From positions 248,001 to 312,000 of the forward strand of contig NW_027271659.1 of the NCBI RefSeq assembly GCF_040938485.1: 64,000 nt of DNA, given 5' to 3'. Source of the stretch: Diadema antillarum (Eukaryota). Below the pieces are notes generated by a model. That model was not told the DNA's origin. It made no database searches and was given only the letters and a program-made list of their open reading frames with translations. The translations under genes were made by a program, and so were the position numbers. This document shows, piece after piece, positions 54,081 to 64,000 of this stretch (its first letter is position 1; every line of letters starts with the position of its first letter).

Positions 54081-54914
54081 GACTTACGTCGTAGAATTTT
54101 GACAAATTTGTCTTGTTGCAGTTTCTATTGTCTCACTGCCGTAGCATTGCTATAATTTTCTTATTGTATTTTATTCCATTATACTTCAAGAAGGAGTATG
54201 TCCACCAGTAAAAGAAAAAAAAATATTACCGATATTCATTAAAGTTAGATAGGAACCTTCGAAAGAAAATGGTTGATATAACATTATAAGATTGAGAGTT
54301 TGTAATATAAAGTGAAAACATGTCTACGATCACATGACAAGTAGCCAGGAAATCCATATCTTATCATTTACAAAAAACACTGCTTAGTCTACTAAAGATA
54401 TCAAATGGTACTCTCATGATAAACACCGGTAGGCCCCACCTATAATTTCAACACTAATTAATTCTATAATGTATTCAGAAATTTGTAGGAAAAAGTAGCT
54501 TTCCAATTTGAGATGTTGGTAATATTTCTAGTCCCAAAAAAATGAAGACAAAATTTGCTCACTGGATGCTGCTGTGTTTGGGTTTTTTTTTTTTTTTTTT
54601 GTTCTTTCTTTTTTTTGGCGATTTTCCCCCTTTGGAATTTGAACACTCATTTGTTCTCAACAAGCAAGAAAAACTACGAAATCAGGATAACAGTCAGCAA
54701 GACAGGCAAGACAACAGGCTAATCAATCCGTGAATAAAAATGTATTAGGTTCACATTAACATATAACATGTATATCATCACACATAATTATACCTTCTAA
54801 TGTGCACATATTTCACGCTGTAGCAATTATCTGCTTAACATTGCAATCTTTGCGTGCGTTTGCGAAAATGTTTGTATAATACCTATTGCATAAAAAAATA
54901 CGAGGAAGCAGGCA

Positions 54915-54964
<50 letters not shown>

Positions 54965-55756
54965 AACACAAACACAAATACACAATTTCCATTATATGCA
55001 AATAAAACACATTGCTAACATCGGCGTGCAAATCTGTAAAGTGAGGTGGTTTTCCCATACTGAGAGTTGCACACTGAGTTAATGGTCGAGGGACGCGATC
55101 TCTTGTTTAAGTGCAGTCTGTCGCGCCATTTCCTTAGCGAAACAGATTCTGGTACCAAGGGACTCGAAAGGTTTTATCAACCAATCTAAATGCAAATCTG
55201 CGTGAACTTCTTCTTGTATGCCTGGAAAAAAAAAGAAAACCCAGACAGCTTCTAACGAAGGCAAACTGTTGGACCACTCTTGACCCTCCCGTTTTCTTCT
55301 TTTTTTATTTTTGTTGCACTTCTTATCTTCTTGATTTCAAATGTTATGCAAAACAAACAAACATAAATTACAGAGGGAAATGAGCAGCAGCTTGAACTTA
55401 AGATAATCTGCAAAAGAAATGAGGATCTTTGATTTACATTTTATATACATATATTGTATATCATTTTATCGCCTAATCATTCTTGGGTACTTATAAATCA
55501 ACATACATATCATACAGATTGCCTTCTTATATATGATGTGATAAAGCATCATAAGACGCCACCACAACGGAATTCTTCCCCATGATATAATCATTATACA
55601 TTTTAAAGCACTGTCTCGAGGGGAATATTAAACTCCCAAAGGAATCATATTACAACAATAGAAAAACAATAATGTGTTATATTATGGTCTACATAGCACA
55701 CATTATTTCATTCTAGTCTCATAGGCAGCCAGTCATATTCTTGAGTTGAATTGCTC

Positions 55757-55830
55757 GACGTGACGTCACTACTTGCAGCGTCAATCCCCGCTGTATTAGT
55801 CACGTGATTGCATTCTGATCAATCACCGAC
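55757..55830. promoter_or_regulatory. Candidate upstream enhancer with CRE and E-box
   Basis: TGACGTCA at 55761-55768 and GTCACGTGA at 55799-55807, within 50 bp of each other and about 4.6 kb upstream of the predicted TSS. Confidence 0.4.
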
Positions 55831-58800
55831 CAGCATTTGATGTAACGAAACTTTACAAATGAGATGCATTTTATCGACTTATAAAATTATGAAGCAGAAT
55901 AGTGTGTGCATGCGTGCGTGTGTGTGCGCGCTTGTGTGTATGTGTTTGCTTGTTTATGTATTGTTACGTCATGTCAGCAATCCTTTTTTAAAGCAACAGC
56001 TGCGAAAAATAAGACTGAAAATCTTAAAAGTAATGAGACTTGAGTATATCTCTCCCTTCGCAAACCCACGATTTGCAATCCATTCGTCAACATTCGGAAA
56101 TAGTGTTAAACAAAATGAAAGTGAGCAAATTAAACTTTTGTGCCCTTTGGGGGACACATAGCTCACAAGTTTGTGGCTAAATGTCAAACGACACTGAAAA
56201 AGACCAGCCGCTGTTTGACCGAATAACCTTATAGCGAGACGGGTATGTATCTGGAATAGATGGGATAACGTATCAATTGTTTCTCCCACTATTCAAGTTG
56301 CTATCTCAGGCGGTTTCCGAACGCGGGCTCGATTTTCGAATCGATGAATAGGGATATTCTGGCCAAGTCTCTCCATTAACATTAGCAGATAGCCAAGAGG
56401 AGTGACAGAAAATCAATGGCACACTTTGAGCAGAGGAGGTGATGCTGTCTGACGGATATATATCCCCAGCGCCATTTATAAAGTTGCCTAGTTACACGGT
56501 TTTTCCCCCGTTTTTCTTCTGACGCGGAGAGCCTTCCTCCGCGCCACGATATGAGCGTCAGTATCCCAAAGCGAAACGAGGTGCCATCGCTCTGCCCAAC
56601 ATAACAGTTATTTGGAGATCCTGCGCTTGCGTGTTTGTGTGGGTGTGTGTGTGCGTGTTTGCGTGTGGGTGTGTTTGTATGATGGTGTGTTTGTATGCTG
56701 GTGTGTTTGCGGGGGGAAAGGAGAAGGACGAGATGACAGCAGAACTAAGCTATATTGATGTCTTAATTTACCCAGTAGCGATATTGGTCGCAAACACATT
56801 TTTTCATTTTTGGCAAGTTAGGTGAGATGCCTCGCTTGGAAATGTGCTGGAGATTCATGCGGTTATTTGCATATTTTATCAAAAGACAGGGGTCAAAATT
56901 ATCTCAAAATCTAGCCTTAAGAGATTGATGGAAAGTAAAGGCAGTGTAGGTGTCGCCGCGTCTTCGCGAGGCAGTGGATCTATTATCGGAGAGAGAAAGA
57001 AAAAAAACATTAAATTTTGGTGGAAATCGGGATCAGATGGCGTGGCGTAACCCGGACAAATCGTGGCAGTAAAGGCGTTAATTAAGTAGTGAAGAAATCA
57101 AGACTTAGAGTGCTACTGTGGTATAGTGGTTGAGGATCTGACCCTGAATTCTAGCCACCCCCTCCCCGACAAGAGTGCTCGTCCATATCTCTCTTTACAC
57201 AAGCGTATCTAAATGATGTTAATATAATTTCATTATTATAATGGAGTATTTTTATCATTCTTNNNNNNNNNNNNNNNNNNNNNNNNNNNNNNNNNNNNNN
57301 NNNNNNNNNNNNNNNNNNNNNNNNNNNNNNNNNNNNNNNNNNNNNNNNNNNNNNNNNNNNNNNNNNNNNNNNNNNNNNNNNNNNNNNNNNNATTATCAGT
57401 AGTTGTAATAGTGGAAATAGTAGTACTATTAAATGTTATAATCTAATTATACTTATGATCTACTACAGAATATTGTTCACCAAGCACGGCCAATCAGATT
57501 CATATCTTGTACCTGCTTGGCAGTATTTCGGAGAACAACACTCCCTGTAGAAGGTCATTGAAGATCATTAATAAAACTGAAGTGGCTGCCCTTTTGAAAT
57601 ATAGGGCACTACCATGTCAATGTCAAATCAAACTTGCTATTAATACCATTGTAACAAGACTCAGTCCTGATATTTCTCAGCTTTGGTCAGCAGTTGAATA
57701 GAATAGAAATGAAAACAAACGTGGTTTGCAAACAACTGACGATGTTAATGATGATGATTATTGTTACAACGACGGGCATATTGTGGTTCACTTTGATACG
57801 ACTACAAAGCTAGGGAGGAGAAAAAAAAAAGGATATCCATAAAATGGATCGTCAGCAAACTTGGGGAGGTACATCTGTGCCTCACCCAATGCAAGAAAAA
57901 GGAGATACTGCGACAGTTTCACATGTTTCATGTTTCTATACCATCACGTCAGTCAGTTACATAATCAATGGCATCCACTAAGTTAATTAACTTTCAATGA
58001 TATGATGATGAATCAAAATAAATGCAAAAATGAACAAATGAAATGTAAACGCTAGTCGATAAGAAATATCAGTAATTAAAATTTATCATTGAACGCCAGA
58101 AAGTGTTTGAATATCAATAACAATTTGATATTGAACGTGAACAGACGAGTAGACATACTGATAAGAGCAAATGTAGTTGGTATAGTATACACAAAAAGAT
58201 GAACGAAAATATATAGAAGTAAATGATATCCATATACACAGGCAGACCAAGGGAGGGAATAATACAGTGTGGCTAAACTAATGTAAAACAGATTGCTTTT
58301 TCGTGGGCGAGGTGGTTTTGCAATGAATACGGCAAAATCGACTCGGCCTATACCTCATTTCAATAATTCCCGATTTGAGATGTAAACGAAAATGATCTTG
58401 ACATTTTCATTTGCATCTGTTATCTGTGTATATAATATACATTTTTTTTTGCGTTTGTACAAAGTTTGTAGGTCTATAATTTNNNNNNNNNNNNNNNNNN
58501 NNNNNNNNNNNNNNNNNNNNNNNNNNNNNNNNNNNNNNNNNNNNNNNNNNNNNNNNNNNNNNNNNNNNNNNNNNNNNNNNNNNNNNNNNNNNNNNNNNNN
58601 NNNNNNNNNNNNNNCCCCCCCCCCACCTCTACCCAAGCCACCACTGACATCGTGGCGTCAAAATTCCGCTCCCACTACTCCGAATACTTCTAGCGTGGCA
58701 TCCTCCATTTGCGTTTAGGTCAGGTCAGTGCACTATGAAAAAAAGTATTTCCATTTATTAGAGTGTTTTATCTTGTTCTGGATCTATTTCTCTTTGTATC

Positions 58801-59824
58801 ATGAAATCTCAAGTTGGTTTGCAATCGTAGTGCTTACCGTGATATTACAAGGTCAGAATCTGACATTGTTCTGCATGAGGTTTAATAAGATCATTCTTGC
58901 AATATCAAGTCCCAGATGGTTATCATCTGTGATATTGTTAGCAATATCTTTGGTAATACTATTCCATTCAGCAAATAATATATTATGCATAACCTATGAA
59001 ATTTTTTTCTTAAAACATGTGCTAGTATTACGGAGGTGAGTAAAAGATTATGGTAATTCAACATGTCACACATGTCGTCACTGACACCAAACCAATCAAG
59101 ACCATACCAGACTTTCTTAAAGTAACAAAGAAGCTTTATTCCTCCCCTCGAGCGCCATAGTCCCAAGAGTGTCCAATCTTCCTCTGCCCCACGCGGGCTG
59201 AACAGGTTATACTTACTTTATATAAATGCATATTCATGACACAAGCAATATAATTTGAGCTAGTATGCAATTCTGACAGTCATTAATCATTCTTTTTATC
59301 ATTTAGTATAATATCAGATTTTTTTTCCTTTAAATTTCCAGACTCTACATCATTAGATGTATATATGCATGCAGGTTTATAAATATACAAACCTAGAAAT
59401 GACTACCACGGAACATTTTTACGGTCGTTGACACCCACACTCTTGTTTCTAAGTTGTGATAGTTCCAAGAAACCCACTACTCAGTGCTTGGAGCAATACG
59501 CATGATATCGACGGGAATGATATAATCTTATAGTTAGGAGATGACAGGTAAATCAATACGCTAATTACTAGTGTTGGTCACTCAGAACTACCAAGTGCTT
59601 TTGACCCCGTGCATTCTGCTTATTCTATGTTGTCTACAACCGCTTCCGTTTCTTATGGACAGTATACCACTGCGGTACAGACAATCACTTTTCTTGGAAA
59701 CGTGATCAGCTGCGAAAGGATACATTTGATATATAACAGAAATATAAAATAAGCAAAAGAAGTCGCATGATTACTCATGTTAAAGAAACTCTTCGTGTAT
59801 TTGGGCGTCTGTTGGAGTGAATTA

Positions 59825-60402
59825 CAGTATGATTTTGATTATCAGGCCATCGATTATCCGGATTCTCTGTTATCCGGATGTCGACTTGGTGATAATTTTT
59901 TGGTGTGTGTTTTCATGTATTTTCAGTACCATAAATCTCTTTCAAAATAAACACTAGTCCAACCATTATCGTGCGAGTACACGACGAGACAAATTCAAAT
60001 AATGGCAGTGGATTGTAACTTTTAAGTCAGTTTGTGAGACGATGTCAAAGGTTGGTGCCGCGCTCGTTACTGCCACTGAGTGTACAGCACTTACTACAGT
60101 ACAATGCAGCGGCAGTATTATACGAGTCACAATGTCGATCCCATTGTCGGTCGATATCAATCAAACAAACAATGCATGAAGGAATATTTTACTTATATTT
60201 TCGTATCAATTTCTGAAGTATGAAACATGACGATGGCATGCAGATAATCATAATAATCCGCGAATTTGTAATAACATGTGTGATACCCCTAGCATGATTA
60301 TGATAGAAAGTGCTGTATTTGAGCATATCTCTTTTATCCGGCCAAATTGATTAACCGGCTGCTCGGCGGTCTCGACGTGGCCGGATAATCGAGGTCCTAC
60401 TG
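59825..60402. mobile_element. Tc1/mariner (pogo/Tigger-like) MITE
   Basis: TA|CAGTATGATTTTGATTATCAGGCC ... GGCCGGATAATCGAGGTCCTACTG|TA, giving CAGTA termini with a TA target duplication. Internal TTATCCGG subrepeats. Confidence 0.65.
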
Positions 60403-63400
60403 TATCTAGTTAACGCAACATGACCATGATGATTATCAGGAATGTGATCTCATGCTTTACAGGCCAGTAACCACGACACCGAGAGGATGAGGAAGTAGGA
60501 AGAAATCTGCCATGCCTAATGCTAATTATAGGCACACCGCCACCTTGTACATTGTTGTAATTGGGACTCGATCCTCACCCCTCAGACTGAGTGTGTGAGA
60601 ACTATCCACTAGAGCGATATGAACATGAAAATGTAACTAAGCATTTTAACAGATTTAAATGGCAAACAAGAGCAAAATAGTGAACGCCTTGATTTTATTT
60701 GCATAGGTGTACCTAATTTGCATGTTCAGCTCGTAAGAAGACTTCAATCACGTAAGTATTAATATGGAAGGGATTTCAAATGATTTGTCGTTAAAAGCTT
60801 TCTTGTAGAGTTGGCAGACGAATTTCTTATTAGAAATTCTTATTTTGGATCAACTAGCAATTAACCTCTTCAAGTCTTTACCCGAATCGTTCGTACGAAC
60901 GCAGCGAAACTCTTTCCGTCGGATGTCTTCAAACAGCCCAACGGACATCCCGTGGCTTTCAGCCGGCACAACCCCGTCAAAGCCCCGCGATCACGGCCGT
61001 AGATAACCCGAGTCAATATCCTTCGTGGATTACTTCCAATCAAATGAATTATTTCCCGCACACGAGCAAATGTCAGGCTGTTATTTCTGCGAAGACTATC
61101 TGTGTAAGCATCTCGTCCTCACAATCTTTGTCATCGAGCTTCGCTCACTTAACCCTTCGAGTGTTCAGATCGGCTGACGATACTTGGCACGCCCACAGAC
61201 TTACTCTTTCCTTCGAAGCACCATCAATTATTTTTCAATTCTGAATCTATTTGGGTTAAGGCAATGCTATGATGCCATTTTCATCAATTTGTCCGGTGGT
61301 GCAATGAACTCCGTGTGGTAATATTTCATTGTCCGATCCAAGATAAAATTGTCAGATTTTCATTACGAAAAAGTCATGAGAACTAGATAATGAGTGCCAG
61401 GTATTGCATCTCGGCTTGTCAAGCATAACAACTCCGCGGACTGGGCACATCAAAGGGTTAAGGGTGGATCACAGGGGGTATGCAGACTACTGGCTGGCTT
61501 GCTCCATTTCAAGCCCTTGCTGGCAAACATTCAAAACATCGTTGTAGTTGTTGTTGTTTCTTTGCTTATTACAGGACAATCGCAGGAATGGTTTATCTCA
61601 AGAAACTCACTGCATGCCGAGGAGTTTGCTATATAATGTGTTCAAGTATTAATACTGCAGGATTCATGCTTTGCATTGTATAAGTGGACAACTCCTTCTA
61701 AATCACAGACCCTGTGACGTAATAGAACGATACTCTTCCTAAATACTCCCGATATCCATTGTATGAAGTAACGTATGATATGCAAATATCATCTAACAAG
61801 CAAGGGAAGCGCTTTAATCACGCCAATCCAGCCACAATACATTTTCGTGCTATGTCTATCACGGCGATGTTCTGCATGTTACGCAGCATACTAAAATTAT
61901 TCATATGCAATCAAATAACGATTAAAAAATTGAAGTTTAATGCGTGCATTTTTTACATCACATTTTGTTTAAAGTCTGTCACATACACACAATGTATAGT
62001 TTATGTATATACATGCAAAGACAACAAATATCTTTAAAACCTATCTAGCTTTCACAGAGGACGGCGAACCGCAGATGTTGAAGAAGAAAAAGCACTTAAG
62101 AAATCGGCGAAAAAAAGTGCAAACCCTTCTTCTCCCACTGAGAAGTACCTGGGTCCATATTCGTGTGCCCGTGTGGGAATATCCGTGAGTGTGTATACTT
62201 CTATATGGCAGCACTCGATGCACGACTCAAAATGTCCGTTACATTAGGTTAATACTATCCGGTAAGAAAAAGATGAAGAAGAAGAAGGAGGAAAAAAAAG
62301 GTAAGTGGTGGGGGAGGGGAGGTGAGATGGGGGGGGGGGGAAGGGGGGGGGGGGGGTAGCAATATACATTGTGCCGAAAGTTGAGCTGTATGTAATGTAT
62401 GTGCGGTTTCGATGTCGCGGCGATGTTTTCGGCAAGCGTCAGTTCGTTATGTTGAACATCCATTATCCGTAATGCATATGAGTCGAGAATCTTGTTTTTG
62501 TTCAATTTTCTTCTCGGTCACCTTCTTTCTTCGTCTTCTTTCATGCCAATAACCGGCGTCATGCTCCAAAGTCTAAATTTGCCTCAGCGAGCTGCCCATT
62601 ACTACACCCTTATTGCTTTCATAACTGACCCACATACCCATTTATACTTCCAAGTTGCCAGCGACAGAGAAGGTGCTAATTACCAGTAGACTTCATCACG
62701 TAATTCGCGCTGAAACATGGTACAAACACGACTTCTCAAACGGATACTGGATTTGGGACAAGCGCTATATACTTATGTGAGTCTTCATTTTGTATTCTGC
62801 TCATATGGCATGTTATGAAAGAGGGACGAAATTGGCAAAGAAATAGTTCAGACTGTAATGAGATTGTCAAACAGTGTATTTTGGTGACAAAAAAGTCATC
62901 AAAACTAGTGAGGGCAACTTTTTTATTTCGAGTAGATCGCACATAACAAAAAGAACCTATAATCACAGAGAAGAGAAGCAGAGAATTTCCCTTGCAAGGA
63001 TATATTGGCCAAAACCCACGTACAAGCAACTCAAAAGAGGCAAATGGTAAAGAAAGGCAGAAAAATCAATTAATTACGCTCAATCTGTGTCAAATACCTA
63101 CAATTTTATATCTTTTATGTCATAAAATCTCATAAACCGGGAAAACAATACATTAATTACCGTCAATCATCCTATAATCAGAGAAGGAGAGTAGTGATGT
63201 GCACCAAAAAACATATCAATGTCTCAATGTCATGTCAACGACTCCTTACCGCCAAATATTATACTAAGTCATATGATTTAAACCATCAGACACAGAACAC
63301 CAGCTTATCCACCGATCTGTCATCAACAGAGTGCTTACGATAGATATCCTCTTTTTTTAAACCCAGAGTTAGCATTTTATAATTAACACATCTAATTAAG

Positions 63401-64000
63401 AGGGTCCTGTCACCATTATTGCTCAAGCGTTGTCAGGTAGCTTCTTCTTACGTCTTTAGTTGAGAAGGGAAAAGTTGCTGGTCAATCCCTTTGTCTAAGG
63501 ATGCAAGCACCAAGCAGGTCTATAACCTAGGACCTCTTGGCTGAAAAATCCTGATCCTTGTCCATTAAAAGACAGCATTCTCCCTGCTTTGTGATTGATT
63601 TTGGATATGTCGTGGAATAGCAATCGTCATCATGACGACATTGAGCACTGTAAAACGTTGGGTGGGGGTCAAGATTCGAATCTTCGTAGAACGTCTAGTC
63701 TCTTTCGATGTCCATGCCGTTCAAACACTGCCAGAGCCTTAGGCCAGCGAGTCAATTCGCTCTCGGTGCATAGTGCAATCACATGAGGCCGTGGCTCGGT
63801 GAACAGTAAGGCTTCACTAAATGAATCGGCCCCCAAGGATTCCATGTAGTCTGGGTCGTACTCCTAGACGGAGGAAAATTGACTTTCTCTGTTAATGGGG
63901 TTCAAAAGGGGCAAGCATATTGGGACATTGATTAGTGTCTAAATGAAGAACATTTGTGTCAATGCCCTACACCACTAAGGCGGCAATTTATCACATGAAA

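Noticed and set aside
54990-55200. Octamer ATGCAAAT sites upstream of the gene and elsewhere
   Set aside because: AT-rich 8-mer; the count is not clearly above what composition predicts.
63650-63760. tRNA-like GGGTCAAGATTCGAATC segment, with similar bits at about 57115, 60550 and 63500
   Set aside because: No cloverleaf can be formed; at most these are decayed SINE heads.

Overview
AT-rich animal genomic DNA, almost certainly from a sea urchin: dense microsatellites, a DeuSINE-type SINE, TTAA-flanked and other MITEs, decayed CR1/L2-type LINE pieces and four assembly gaps. The one recognisable gene is on the minus strand. A CCAAT/TATA/Inr core promoter (about 51117-51198) and an ATG-poor leader precede a 120-nt coding exon (50671-50552) that ends in a perfect AG|GTAAGA donor. 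It encodes MKFLSNSLGLFLIVNLVLMLSSVAHKAECRPARETRDTKE, which matches, as I recall it, the N-terminus of the sea urchin pedal peptide-like neuropeptide precursor 1 (PPLNP1). I found neither the acidic spacer nor the (GAMEPLGxGF-KK)n peptide exon in the 50 kb downstream. The rest of the window is therefore probably one very large first intron, or the missing exons lie in a gap. That region is rich in RFX X-box and full CRE palindromes, contains a convergent inverted pair of about 90%-identical SINEs, and has a perfect 79-bp palindrome. I see no convincing new multi-gene system; the novelty is the putative regulatory landscape of a neuropeptide gene. All family assignments are by eye and from memory, not from database searches.
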